A stretch of DNA of 64,000 nt. Origin: Mobula hypostoma (taxonomy: Eukaryota). Both the position numbers and the translations under genes were made by a program. Position 1 is the first letter of the stretch; every line of letters begins with the position of its first letter. Positions 50,958 through 64,000 of this stretch are shown piece by piece. The stretch spans positions 103,666,001 to 103,730,000 of the forward strand of contig NC_086097.1 of the NCBI RefSeq assembly GCF_963921235.1, written 5' to 3'. Below the pieces are notes generated by a model that saw nothing but the letters and a program-made list of their open reading frames with translations, was not told where the DNA came from and searched no databases.

Positions 50958-53220
50958 CTCCATTAAGATGGAGAGTGACATAGTTAATTCAGAAACAAAG
51001 GTTCTGAACTTAAAGAAGGGTAACTTTGAAGGTATGAGATGTGAATTAGCTAAGATAGACCGGCAAACGATACTTAAAGGGTTGACGGTGGATATGCAAT
51101 GACAAGCATTTAAAGATCGCATGGATGAACTACAACAATTGTTCATCCCAGTTTGGCAAAAGAATAAACCAGGGAAGGTAGTGGACCCATGGCTGACAAG
51201 GGAAATTAGGGATAGTATCAATTCCAAAGAAGAAGCATACAAATTAGCCAGAAAAAGTGGCTCACCTGAGGACTGGGAGAAATTCAGAGTTCAGCAGAGG
51301 ACGACAAAGGGCTTAATTAGGAAAAGGAAAAAAGATTATGAGAGAAAACTGGCAGGGAACATAAAAACTGACTTTAAAAGCTTTTATAGAGATGTGAAAA
51401 GAAAAAGATTGGTTAAGACAAATGTAGGTCCCTTACAGTCAGAAACAGGTGAATTGATCATGGGGAACAAGGACGTGGCAGACCAGTTGAATAACTACTT
51501 TGGTTCTGTCTTCACTAAGGAGGACATAAATAATCTTCCGGAAATAGTAGGGGACCAAGGGTCTAGTGAGATGGAGGAACTGAGGGAAATACATGTTAGT
51601 AGGGAGTGGTGTTAGGTAAATTGAAGGGATTAAAGGCAGATAAATCCCCAGGGCCAGATGGTCTGCATCCCAGAGTGCTTAAGGAAGTAGCCCAAGAAAA
51701 AGTGGATGCATTAGTGATAATTTTTCAAAACTCTTTAGATTCTGGACTAGTTCCTGAGGATTGGAGGGTGGCTAATGTAACCCCGCTTTTTAAAAAAGGA
51801 GGGAGAGAGAAACTGGAGAATTATAGACCGGCTAGCCTAACATCGGTGGTGAGAAAATGCTAGAGTCAGTTATCAAAGATGTGATAACAGCAAATTTGGA
51901 AAGTGGTGAAATCATTGGACAAAGTCAGCATGGATTTGTGAAAGGAAAATCATGTCTGACGAATCTCACAGAATTTTTTGAGGACGTAACTAGTAGAGTG
52001 GATAGGGGAGAACCAGTGGATGTGGTATATTTGGATTTTCAAAAGGCCTTTGACAAGGTCCCACACAGGAGATTAGTGGGCAAACTGAAAGCACATGGTA
52101 TTGGGGGTATGGTATTGATGTGGATAGAGAATTGGTTGGCAGACAGGAAGCAAAGAGTGGGAATAAACGGGACCTTTTCAGAATGGCAGGCAGTGACTAG
52201 TGGGGTACCGCAAGGCTCAGTGCTAGGACCCCAGTTGTTTACAATATATATTAATGACTTAGACGAGGGAATTAAATGCAGCAAAGCCAAGTTTGCGGAT
52301 GACACAAAGCTGGGCGGCAGTGTTAGCTGTGAGGAGGATGCTAAGAGGATGCAGGGTGACTTGGATAGGTTTGGTGAGTGGGCAAATTCATGGCAGATGC
52401 AATTTAATGTGGATAAATGTGAGGTTATCCACTTTGGTGGCAAAAACAGGAAAACAGATTATCTGAATGGTGGGCGATTAGGAAAAGAGGAGGTGCAACG
52501 AGACCTGGGTCATTATACACCAGTCATTGAAAGTGGGCATGCAGGTACAGCAGGCGGTGAAAAAGGCAAATGCTATGCTGGCATTCATAGCAAGAGGATT
52601 CGAGTACAGGAGCAGGGAGGTACTACTGCAGTTGTACAAGGCCTTGGTGAGACCACACCAGGAGTATTGTGTGCAGTTTTGGTCCCCTAATCTGAGGAAA
52701 GACATTCTTGCCATAGAGGGAGTACAAAGAAGGTTCACCAGATTGATTCCTGGAATGGCAGGACTTTCATATGATGAAAGACTGGATTGACTAGGCTTAT
52801 ACTCATTGGAATTTAGAAGATTGAGGGGGAATCTTATTGAAGCGTATAAAATCCTAAAGGGATTGGACAGGCTAGATGCAGGAAGGTTGTTCCCGATGTT
52901 GGGGAAGTCCAGAATGAGGGGTCACAGTTTAAGGATAAAGGGGAAGCCTTTTAGGACCGAGATGCGGAAAAACTTCTTCACACACAGAGTGGTGAATCTG
53001 TGGAATTCTCTGCCACAGGAAACAGTTGAGGCCATTTCAGTGGCTATATTTCAGAAGGAATCAGATATGGTCCTTGTGGCTAAAGGGATCAGCGGGTATG
53101 GAGAGAAGGCAGGTACAGGGTTCTGAGTTGGATGATCAGCCATGATCATACTGAATGGCGGTGCAGGCTCGAAGGGCCGAATGGCCTACTCCTGCACCTA
53201 TTTTCTATGTTTCTATGTTT
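50958..53220 (+). mobile_element. Young CR1, 5'-truncated, few frameshifts; same subfamily as 3170-4943
   Basis: ORFs 51121-53126 nearly identical to ORF 3268-4962; (TTTCTATG)n tail. Confidence 0.95.
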
Positions 53221-53599
53221 TCTGTTTTTGAGCCAACTCTGCACCCATTCGCACTTCTTACCCTGAATCCCTACCTCCTGTAATTTGATTATTAACCTCT
53301 CATGGGGTACCTTGTCAAAAGCCTTCTGAAAGCCCAAGTAAGTGATATCAACTGCTTGACTGTTATAAACTTTTTTTGCCTCCTCATAGAACTCCAGCAT
53401 TTAGTAAAACATGGTTTCCCCTTTCTGAACCCATGATAGCTTTTTACTAATGTGCCTGTTCTTATTAGCCACTTTTCCATCTCATTCTTTATTAATGTTT
53501 CCATTATCTTACTTACGACAGATGTTAAGCTTATTGGTGTATAGTTATCAGGGTCAGTGCGGTCACTCTTCTTATGTTAGTCTATTTCCCATCCAATGG

Positions 53600-53648
53600 A
53601 AAAAAGTACAGTCAACGTTTCAGGCCTGAACCCTTTGGCAGGACTAAC
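53600..53648 (-). mobile_element. PLE fragment with mutated hammerhead core
   Basis: Minus strand gttagtc CTGCCAA agggttcaggcct GAAAC GTT gactg. Confidence 0.7.
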
Positions 53649-55139
53649 GATGTTATGATCACTTGTTCCTTAAGGCTCAACAACTTCTGTACTCAAAATT
53701 CTATCCTGATTGTTACAGAATATCAAATCTAGATAAGCCACCCCTCTTGTTGGTGCATTAATAAACTGGGTCAAAAACAATAATTCAATAACTCAGTGAA
53801 TTCACTTTCCTGTAATCCATTAGTTATCGGGTTCTCCCACTCAATATTTGGGAAATTAAAGTCAGCTATAACTATAACGTCACTCTCAGAATAGCTTTTT
53901 AAATATCCTGACAGAGTTGTTTATTAAAATCACTGTCAGCATTAGGGGGTCTATTAACATACACCCAATATTATTCCTTTATCCTTATAGCTTTCAATTC
54001 TCACCCAGATATCTTCACTAAGTCTCAATTCAGCGCCTATCATAAGCAGCCTCACGTTTAAGTTCTCTCTCATGTATACACCTACTCCTCGATCTTGCTC
54101 ATCTTTCCTAGGTATATCCTTTAATAGTATATTTATCACCATCCTTTGAAGTCAGCCAGGTTTCAGTTATTAGTTTTACATCATATTTATACACACTTGC
54201 ATATAGTTCCAGCTTAATACTTCTTCCATTTATACAAGCCATCCTTAGTCTACTACTGATGTTCTTCATCCTATTCCAACCCATTTTTATATTTTTGGAG
54301 CTTATGATCAGTTTATGTCCTAATATGTTATTCTCCACTATGGTTTAAACTGTTGAGCCTGGCCTGTTCTAAATTCCCTGCCCCCTTATTCCCTAGTTTA
54401 AACAGTCCTCAACTAACTGAAGCATACGCCTGCCCAATACATTAGTGCTTCTCCAGTTCAAAAGCAACCCATCCTGGCAGTGCAGGTTCCATCTGTCCCA
54501 AAAGGGACTCCAATGTCCCATAAACCTATGCCCCGCATGATTCGAGCCACGTGTTAAATCTCCTAATCTCCTCCATCTTACCTGGACTGGCACATGGCAC
54601 AAGCAGAACTTCTGAGAAGACCACCTCGTCAGTTCTGTTCCTAAGCTTCTTACCTAACTCCTTAAATTTGTCTTGCAGAACTGACAGTTTGCCCATATCT
54701 ATGTCGTTTGTTCTGATGAAAACAAATGACCACCCCACCTCTGGCCAGGAGCTTATCTGCTTGTCCAGGGATATCCTACTTGTGCTCCTGGTAGGCAACA
54801 CACCTCACAAGATTCCTTGTCAGTATACTCCTGATTCCTGATTCTCAACCCCCTGATAATAGAGCCCCCTACTATCACTACTTTTTTAAGGGCTTAGGTT
54901 TAGAGAGGTTCCTGTGGGGCTCCTCTGTCCTGCCTACCACCTAAGAGATTTCATGGTTGTCGTCAAGCATCACTAGATGTTCAAAATGGTTGGATGCTTC
55001 CAAATCTGGGGCTGATGCTCCCAAGCAGTGTGCACTTCTTACCCTGCACTTCCTTCCCACAGTCACCCACCAGTCTCTTTTTTACCCTAGTCTGGAGTCT
55101 CAACCCTTGGCTCTCTTGGGGTGCACGCTACCTCCCTAA

Positions 55140-58100
55140 AGGACTAAATGCCTGAACGATTGGAGAAGAGAGCAGGGATACAGATTTCTGGATCACTGGG
55201 ACCTCTTCAGAGGCAGGTGTGACCTGTACAAAAGGGACAGGTTGCACTTGAATCGAAGGAGGATCACAAGAAGGGGAACTTGTTGAATGCCTATGAGATG
55301 GCAGATTAGAGCAGCTTGTTCTCAATCCTACTCAGGAAAATGCTATCTTAGATTGGGTGCTGTGTAATAACCCAAATCTTATTAGGGAATTTAATGTAAA
55401 GGAACCCATAGAAGACAGTAATCATAATATGATTGAATCCATAATGCAGTCTGAGAGAGAGAAGCACAAGTCACATGTATCAGTATCGCAATGGAATAAA
55501 GGGAATTACAGAGGCATGAGAGAGGAGCTTGCTCAGGTGGATTAGAGGGGGATACTGGTGGAGTTGATGGCAGAACAGAGGTGGCTGAAGTTTCTGGGAA
55601 TAGTTCACAAGGCTCAGGATAGATATGTCCTATAGAAGTAGTAGTTCTCAAATGGCAGGGGTAGGCAACCATGGCTGACAAGGGAAGTTAAGGATTGCAA
55701 AAAAGCTAAGGAAGTAGTATATAATGTAGCAAAAGTGAGTGGGAAGTTGTTTGACCGGGAAGCTTTTAAAATCCAACAAAAGGCAACTAAAGAAGCTATA
55801 AGGGAAAAGATAAAATATGAGGGCAAACTAGTCAATAATATAAAGCAGATTACTAAAAGTTTTTCAGTTAGTCAAGTCAAGTCACTTTTATTGTCATTTC
55901 AACCGTAACTGCTGGTACAGTACACAGTAAAAACGAAACAACGTTCCTCCAGGACCATGGTGCTACATGAAACAATGCTAGACTATGTGAAACAACACAA
56001 AACTACATTAGACTTCAGACTTACACGGGACTAAATAAAGTGCACAAAACAGTGCAAGACGGTACAATAATGAATAAATAAGACAATAGGCACAGTAAAG
56101 GACAAATTACAATATAATAATAACTTATGTAAATGTAAACAATGTTTTAGCAGGAATTGAGAAAGAAATGAGCAAAAGTTACAAAGGAAGTGGAGTGGAG
56201 TGTGTGTGTGTGTGTGTTTAGGTCGGTGTCAGACTACACTCTAGGAATTGAGGAGTCTAATGGCTTGGGGGAAGAAACTATTACCGGTACCTTTTGCCAG
56301 ATGGCAGGAGGGAGAAGAGTTTGTATGAGGGGTACGTGGGGTCCTTCACAATGCTGTTAGCTTTGCAGATGCAGCATGTGGTGTAAATCTCTGTAATGGC
56401 GTGAAGAGAGACTCCGATGATCCCTTCAGCTGACCTCACTATCTGCTGCAGGGTCTTGCGATCCGAGACGGTGTGATTTCCAAACCAGGCAGTGATGCAA
56501 CTGCTCAGGATACTCTTGATACATCCTCTGTAGAATATGGTGAGGATGGGGGGTGGGAGATGGACTTTTCTCAGCCTTTGCAGAAAGTAGAGACGCTGCT
56601 GGGCTTTCTTGGCTATGGAGCTGGTGTTGAGGGACCAGGTGAGATTCTCTGCCAGGTGAACACCAAGAAATTTGGTGCTCTTAATGATCTCTACAGAGGA
56701 GCCATCAATGTTCAGCGGAGAGTGGTCGCTCCGTGCTCTCCTGAAGCCAACAACCATCTCTTTTGTTATGTTCACATTCAGATACAGGTTGTTGACTCTG
56801 TACCAGTCCATTAGCCACTGCACCTCTTCTCTGTATGCTGACTCGTTGTTCTTGCAGATGAGACCCACCATGGTTGTGTCATCGGCGAACTTGATGATGT
56901 GGTTCGAGCTGTGTATTGCTGCACAGTCATGGGTCAGCAGAGTGAACAGCAGTGGACTGAGCACACAGCCCTATGGGGCCCCCATGCTCAGTATGGTAGT
57001 GTTAGGGATGCTGCTCCCAATCCGGACTGACTGAGGTCTCCCAGTCAGGAAGTCTAGGATCCAGTTGCAGAGGGAGGTGTTCAGGCCCAGCAGGCTCAGC
57101 TTTCCAATCAGGTGTGAGGAATAATTGTGTTGAATGCTGAACTGAAATCTATGAACAGCATTCAAATGAACTTGTCTTTTTTGTCCAGATGGGTGAGGGC
57201 CAGGTGGAGGGTGGTGGCAATGGCATCACCTGTTGAACGGTTGGGACAATACGCGAACTGCAGGGGGTCGAGGCAGCAGGGTCTTGATGTGCCTCATGAC
57301 GAGCCTCTTCTTATATAAAGAATAAGAAGGTGAGAGTTGATATTGGACTGCTGGAAAATGATGCTGGTGATGTAGTAAAGGGGGACAAAAAATGGCAAAT
57401 GAACTGAATAAGTACTTTGCTTCAAGTCTTTTCTGTGGATACTAGCTATATGCAGAGGTCCGTGAGTGTCAGGGAGCAGGAGTGAGTGCCATTGCTATTA
57501 CAAAGGAAAAGGTGCTAGGCAAACTCAAAGGTCTTAAGGTGGATAAGTTACTTGGACCAGATGGACTGCATCCCAGAGTCCTGAAAGAGGTTGCTGAAGA
57601 GAGAACGGATGCATTGGTCATGATCTTTCAAGAATCATTTGTTTCTGGCATGGTTCTGGAGGACTGGAAAATTGCTAATGCCACTACACTCTTTAAGAAG
57701 GGAGGAAGACAAAAAAAAACAGGAAATTATAGGCCAGTTATCCTAACCTCAGTGGTTGGAAAAATGTTGGAGTCCAGTGTTAAGGACGAGGTTTCGAGGT
57801 ACTTGGAGACTAATGATAAAACAAGTCAAAGTCAGCATGGTTTCTGTAAAGGGAAATCCTGCCTGACTTATCTGTTGGAATTCTTCAAAGAAGTAACAAG
57901 CAGAGTGGACAAAGGACAGGCAGTGAATGTTGTTTTCTTGGATTTTCAGAAGGCATTTGACTAGTGCTGTTCCTCAGGGGGTCAGTATTGGGTCCACTAC
58001 TTTACACATTATTTGTCAATGATTTAGGTAGTGGAATTGATGGCTATGTGGCAAAGTTTGTGGATAATACGAAGATAGGTGGAGGGGTAGGTAGTGCTGA

Positions 58101-58527
58101 GGAAGCAATGTGATTGCAGAAGGACTTAAACAAATTGGAAGAATGGGCAAAAAGTAGCAGATGAAATACAATGTTGGGAAATGTATGATAATGCATTTGG
58201 GTAAAAGGAACAAAAGTGCAGACTATTATATAAATGTGGAGAAAATTCAAACAGGTGCAAAGGAGGTATCCAGAACTAGAGGGCACAGCCTCAAAATTGA
58301 GGGGCGATCTTTTAGAACAGAAGTAAGGAGGAATTTTTTTGTCCAAGGAGTAGTGAATCTGTGGAATGCTCTGCCACAGAAATTGATAGATTCCTGATTG
58401 GTCGGGGCATCAAGGGGTATACTGAGAAAACAGGTGTATGGGGTTGATCGGTATCCAGGATCAGCCATGATGAAACGGTGGAGCGGACTCGACGGGCTGA
58501 ATGGCTCCTATGTCTTATGGCTTATGG
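55140..58527 (+). mobile_element. Degraded CR1 split by a Rex/Babar-like LINE
   Basis: CR1 fragments 55140-55869 and 57305-58527 (ORF 57482-57964). Confidence 0.8.
55870..57300 (-). mobile_element. Rex/Babar-like LINE, RT and 3' end
   Basis: ORF 56281-56964 LSPLLFTLLTHDC...KFADDT...[10 protein letters not shown]; (TTGAC)n tail at 55870-55885; (GT)n near 56200. Confidence 0.85.
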
Positions 58528-59344
58528 ACATCTGGAGTACCTCTGCCAACTCTCTACAACATCACAGGTCAGCTACTTCCTCGTCAAGTTCAGCCAGCTT
58601 GTTCCCGAGGTGTTGGATTAGCTGACATTTCTCGCATATGAACTCTCCAGGGGAGCAAACTTATGTGAATCTGAACATGAGGCAAGACTGACACTGCAGA
58701 GGCTGCATTATTATATTTTTAGGATGGAAGAACTACTGAAGATTAAGTGACTTCATTTATTTAAATTCTTAAAAGTAAACTTCTATTTATATTACTATTC
58801 CTACTTTGCTGCCAATGTACCAGATAGCACCTAATACCTAACGTGTGATTGGACCTTCTCTGGACTTCCTGTATTGCATTCTCTGATTGATTTTCTTTCT
58901 CCACCAGTAAACTATACCATGAAGCAACTGTTGGTCCCCTCTTGTTAGGCCTACAGCAACTTCATCACTATTCTAACCATCGGCTCACTTTTTTGTCGAA
59001 AACATGCTAAGTGCCTGTTGTGAAAAGGTGAAAGAAAATGGCTGCCCAAAACAAGGGATAGGCCGGAAAAAAAATTCCTTTGCGATCCCTGCAAGGCTAC
59101 CAAACACAAGTTAAATAAGCAGCTGCATCCAAAATTTAAAACAGAACAATTTAAAGAGAACAAAAGAGCGCTACAGACCAAACCAAACCTCTTTCTCACA
59201 CTCTCCCAAACAGCGCGCATAGTAGGGCCTAAGTCTGCTGCACACCCAACCAGGAAGCGCAAAGTGTTGCCCTACACAAACTTCTGTTACCTGTGCTGTC
59301 TCATTCCCTAATAGCAGATCAAGTATCGCACACACTCTTGTTGG

Positions 59345-61440
59345 GACTTCTACATACTAGTTAAGGAAACTTTCCAAAACACACCTGACAAACTCTATCC
59401 CATCTCATCCTCTTACAGAGAGCCCCAGTCGATATGTGGAAAGTTGAAATCACCTACTATAACAACCTTATGTTTCTTGCAGCAGTCTGCAATCTCTCTA
59501 CAGATTTGTTCCTCATCCCACAGACTGTTGGGTGGTTTTTAATGTAGCCCCGTTAACATGGTCATACTTTTCTTATTCCTCCGTTTCACCCACAAAGCCT
59601 CACTAGACGAGTTCTCCAGTCTGTCCTGACTGAGCACTGCCATGACATTTTCCAACTAGTAACACCACCCCTCCCCCTTTAATCCTTCCTGCTCCATCAT
59701 GTCTAAAACAGAACCCTGGAATATTGAGCTGCAGTCCTGCCCCTCCTGCAACCAAGTCACTAATGGCTACAATATCATAATTCCAGGTGTTGATCCCACC
59801 TTTACTATGACACTTGAAATTCAATACAGGTGTCCCCCACTTTTCCAACATTCGCTTTACGAAAACTCACTGTTACGAAAGACCTACATTAGTTCCTTGT
59901 TTTTGCTAACAGAAGGTGTTTTCACTGTTACGAGAAAAGGCAGCGCGCGCCCCGAGCAGCCACTCTCCCCCTGGATTCGGAACTGCATTTTCGCCGGCAT
60001 TGCTTAAACACGTGCCTGTGAGCAGCTGTTAGCAAGATGAGGTCTAAGGTATCGGAAAAGCCTGAAAGAGCTCATAAGGGTATTACACTTAGTGTAAAAC
60101 TGGACATAATTAAGTGTTTTGATCATGGTGAATGAAATAAGGACAAAGTGAGTTTGGCTTGTGGAAGTTGACGAAGATGATGTTGAAGAGGTTTTGGCAT
60201 CCCATGACCAAGAACTGATAGATGAAGAGCTGATGCAATTGGAAGAGGAAAGGATAACAATCAAAACCGAATGAGTAATGATAAAATACGACTTTAATTT
60301 TGAAAGGGTACATCGGTTTAGGGCATATTTGCAAGATGGTTTGAGTCCTTACAAAGAACTGTATGATAGAAAAATGCACGAGGCTAAGCAGTCAAGCAAG
60401 CCTTCCACATCAGCCACAGCAGATGACGAACCTCGACCTTCGACATCAAGGCAGGCAGAGATAGAAGAAGATAACTTACTTGCCCTAATGGAAACAGACG
60501 ACGATGAGATGACACCCTAGTGTCCCACCACCCCAACCCCCAGGCCGCGGACAGATACTGATTTGCGGAGAATGCAGCGGTAGCCGGGAAGCGCACACAC
60601 AGCACATCTTTAACAAAAAAGCCCAAATAAACAAGCTAATTAATTACGTGTATTTTTGTGTTATTTGGTATGATTTGGCAGCTTCATAGCTTAAAGGTTA
60701 CTGGAGAGCACTTGCGCCATGTTTTTGCCGAGAGCGCTTGCGTGAGATTTTCGCTACGGAGAACAGTGCAGGCAATGATTGTGGAAAAGTATTTCTACTT
60801 TATATAGGCTGTGTATTTATCATATCATTCCTGCTTTTACTATATGTTACTGTTATTTTAGGTTTTATGTATTATTTGGCATGATTTGCAAGATTATTTT
60901 TGGGTCTGTGAATGCTCACAAAATTTTCCCATATAAATAAATGGTATTTGCTTCTTCGCTTTACGATATTCCGGCTTACGAACCGTTTCATAGGAACACT
61001 CTACCTTCGAATGGCGGTGGAAACCTGAACTTATATTGAAATATACGCAGCTCAGAACATTAGTCACACCATGCTCAACCTTTTGATTCCTGACTTTGTT
61101 TGATGTCAATGATCCAAAAATCTGACACCCTCCCTCCTGCATTAACTCCTTAGCCACATGTTAAACTGTATGATTTTCCTATTTCTGGCCTCACTAGCAT
61201 GTGGCACAGGTAGCAATCCTAGACCCCTAGAGGTCCTGACCTTTAACTTCGCACCTAACTCTCCGGACTCTCCTTGCAGATCCTTGTCACAATTTCTACC
61301 TATGTAATCGGTACCTACATGGACTACAACCTCTGGCAGCTCACCCTCCCCCTTAAAAATACTGAGGACTCAATCTGAGATGTCCTGGACCCTGGCACCC
61401 AGGAGGCAACATACCATCTAGGAATCTCATTCTCATCACT
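59345..61440 (-). mobile_element. Degraded CR1 ORF1/APE region split by a Tigger copy
   Basis: WNYDIVAIS...GGGVVLLV fragment; esterase-region remnant ~61180-61430. Confidence 0.65.
59827..61027 (+). mobile_element. Second Tigger/pogo-like copy with internal deletions
   Basis: TA|CAGGTGTCCCCCAC...GCGGTGGAAACCTG; colinear with the reverse complement of 17609-19263. Confidence 0.85.
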
Positions 61441-62385
61441 GGCTTTTAACCCTTTTCCCCTGCCTATCTCCTATATCCTGCCCCTTGGGTGTATCATTTT
61501 GTGAACTGTAATCATGTGCACAATTTGTAAACATACCCACTCCATTTCTAGTCTAGACAATCCTCATCATAAAATTTCAGCATTGTGAATTTGGTTAATT
61601 CTTTTCCCAAATGGTACAATAGCCATGACATTATTTAAACCTCATGGGAAACAGAAGCTCCACTCAGTCAGGTTACAAAGGGAAAATGTTTAGTTACACT
61701 TTTGGGCTGGTAAAACAGGAAAAGGAATTGAAACACTTCAACAGATGTTTATAGCCAGATTCAACAAACTTAACCCTTTAGGGAAAGCTGTGCAGATGTC
61801 AGGAGCTAAATCAAACACACAAAGGAAATCAAAGTTGGTCTAACCAACTTGAGCCCTTGGTAATAAGTGACAACATTTTTAAAGTGGTGACTTTGAGTTT
61901 TATCTTTTCGCTTAAATGATGCCTTGCACTGAAGAGACAGAGACACATCAGATAAAATATAAGATTTTGTACAAGGGAGTTTTGTTGGATAGCTTTGTTT
62001 TGTTAGAAATTAATGGGCACATGTGATGCAGTATACCACCAGCTCTTCTCGATCTGCCTGAATACATTAATCCTGACTGAAATCCCACTTGATATCCACA
62101 TGACAATTGCTATCAGATCAGCAACTCTAAACCAGTTAACCTTTGTCTGTTAAAATGTGTTATGCATGCTTTCACACTTTCACCAAATTCTGAGGTATAT
62201 TTCTCCTTCAAAACGCAACAGTATATTCTTTAGAATGTGTTAATATTCTGTTAAGTTGACTTTTTAAAACAAATCTAACAATTTAAAACTTTTGTGGAAA
62301 CTGAATGGCTCAACTTGAAAATAACAAATGATTCTGCTTTTTGTTTTAAAATCAACCCAACTAAATCAGATTAGTGATGCATATA

Positions 62386-62787
62386 CAGTACTGTGCAAAA
62401 ATCTTAAGTACATGTAAAAAAAATCCTGTGAAGTGGAGATGCTTTCAAAAATAATGAAATGAAAAGCTCGTAATTTTTTAAAATTACCATAAAGAGCAGT
62501 AAACAATGAAAAAACTAAATCAAATCAATATTTGGTGTGACAGCCCTCTGCCTTTAAAAGTGCATTAATTCTCTTGGGTACACTGTCATGTAGTTGTATT
62601 AGAGAATTGCCTGATAGATTGCTCCAAGCATCTTGAGAACTAGCCACAGTTCTTCACAGACTTTAGGTTTCTCTCCCGGTAATCTCAGAACAGCCTCAAT
62701 GCCGTTGAGATCAGGGCTCTGTGGAGGCTATAGCATCTGCAACCATATAAAAAAATCTGGGATGCCTAAGACTTTTGCACAGTATTG
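62386..62787. mobile_element. Tc1/mariner-type non-autonomous element
   Basis: TIRs CAGTACTGTGCAAAAATCTTA / TAAGACTTTTGCACAGTATTG with TA on both sides. Confidence 0.85.
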
Positions 62788-62999
62788 TAGGTATATATGT
62801 AATGCTAGAAATTGCAAATTTTCTTATAATCACGTGTACTGAGCTGCAGTGGAAAAAACTTGATGACTCGCATACTATTCATACAGATCAATTTGTTGCA
62901 ACAGTGTATTGAGGTGGTCAGGGTAAACAATAACAGAATGCAGAAAAAAATACTACAGCTGCAGAGAAGATGCAGTGCAGGTTGCCAGTAAAATGCAAG

Positions 63000-64000
63000 T
63001 TAATAACAAGGTAGACTGAGGCCAAGCTTATTTTATTGTAGCAGGAAACCATTCCACAGTGGGCTAGAAGCTGCCCTGCTGGTGTATCTTCTAACCAATG
63101 GAGGAGGGAGGTTAGAAAGAATGCCTAGAGTTGGTGGGTTCTTTGATCATGTTAGCCACTTTACTGGGGCAGGGAGAAATGTAAATAAAGTCCATGGTTT
63201 TTGTGAAATGCTGACACAGCACTACAACTTCCTGTGGCCAAGGGCGGGCCAGTTGCCAAACTAAGCTATGACTCATCTGGATAAGATGCTTTTTATGATG
63301 AGTGCCAATGGGGACATGCCAAATTTTCTCAGCCTCCCAAGGAAGTAGAGGTGCTGGTGAGCTTTCATGGCCATGGCGTCAATGTGGTTCAATCAGGACA
63401 GACTGATGCTGATGTTTACTCCAATGAACTTGAAGCTCTACACATTCTTTACCTCAGCATGTGAATCACTCCACTTCTGAAGCCAATAACCAACTTTTTT
63501 GTTTTGCTGACAATGCAGGAAAGGCTGTTGCCATGAGACCAAGGTAACATGCCTGAATGGCTGGCGTCCTCTCGCACTCACCTCAATAATAAGCAAATGC
63601 TTTAAGAGGCTGGTCAAGGACTAACTACATCTGCAGCTTGCTACAACCCACACTGGACTCCCTACAATTCACCTACTGACACAACCAATTGGCAGGTAAC
63701 GCAATAGCCACTGCACTACATACCGTTCTTACACATCTGGAGAATGCTGTTTTTGGACAACAGTTCAGCATTCAACACCATAATTAGATCCAAGCTCGAC
63801 AGGAAGCTCAGAGACCTCGGCCTTGACCCTGCCTTGTGCAGCTGGATCCTGGACTTCCTGTCAGATCGCCAGCAGGTGGTAAGAGTGGGCTTCCTCATCT
63901 CCACCCCTCTGACTCTCAACACAGGAGCCCCTCAGGGCTGTGTACTAAGTCCCCTTCTTTACTCTCTGTATACCCATGACTGAGCCACCACCCACAGCTC
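63000..64000. mobile_element. Rex/Babar-like fragments (minus ~63000-63530; plus ~63560-64000, running off the window)
   Basis: [13 protein letters not shown]...CSWILDFL...[20 protein letters not shown]. Confidence 0.78.

Larger units (their letters stand above)
49955..55130 (-). mobile_element. Older CR1-type LINE with ORF1 esterase remnant, split by a young CR1
   Basis: RT fragments 50105-50952 and 53221-53504 rejoin (WLKNRK...VVVRGSFS); APE 53954-54338; esterase-like RTNDI and DGLLLN at 54393-54801. Confidence 0.8.

Noticed and set aside
58940..59320. Mildly CpG-enriched unassigned segment
   Set aside because: No ORF, terminal structure or second copy to support any call
36270..64000. 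Upstream STARD9 exon expected to encode an FDYxYWS motif
   Set aside because: Not found by eye; probably beyond the window, although a miss is possible

Overview
Vertebrate genomic DNA, most likely a cartilaginous fish (inferred from the repeat repertoire, not proven). The only host coding sequence found is six minus-strand exons of a kinesin-3 motor domain matching STARD9 (KIF16A): 36153-36269, 23346-23378, 23188-23249, 22598-22710, 10253-10322 and 2520-2592. All have GT-AG boundaries and splice in frame to 156 codons including the P-loop GQTGSGKT and switch I SSRSH. The gene begins and ends outside the window. The rest is intron filled with nested transposable elements: many CR1 LINEs (one full-length with a zinc-finger/esterase ORF1), L1, Rex/Babar-like LINEs, Tc1 and Tigger/pogo DNA transposons, hAT MITEs, a solo LTR, tRNA-derived and V-type SINEs, and Penelope-like elements (PLE). 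Most notable: (1) a family of short PLE-derived insertions carrying a minimal type I hammerhead ribozyme motif, with fixed termini, inverted arms and target duplications, whose intact cores all lie antisense to the host gene; (2) a Tc1 split into two abutting halves 10.7 kb apart, with a host exon between them and a 7-bp duplication at the breaks; (3) a Tigger derivative with a long internal palindrome that is deleted in a second copy. Boundaries of degraded repeats are approximate and identities are estimated by eye.
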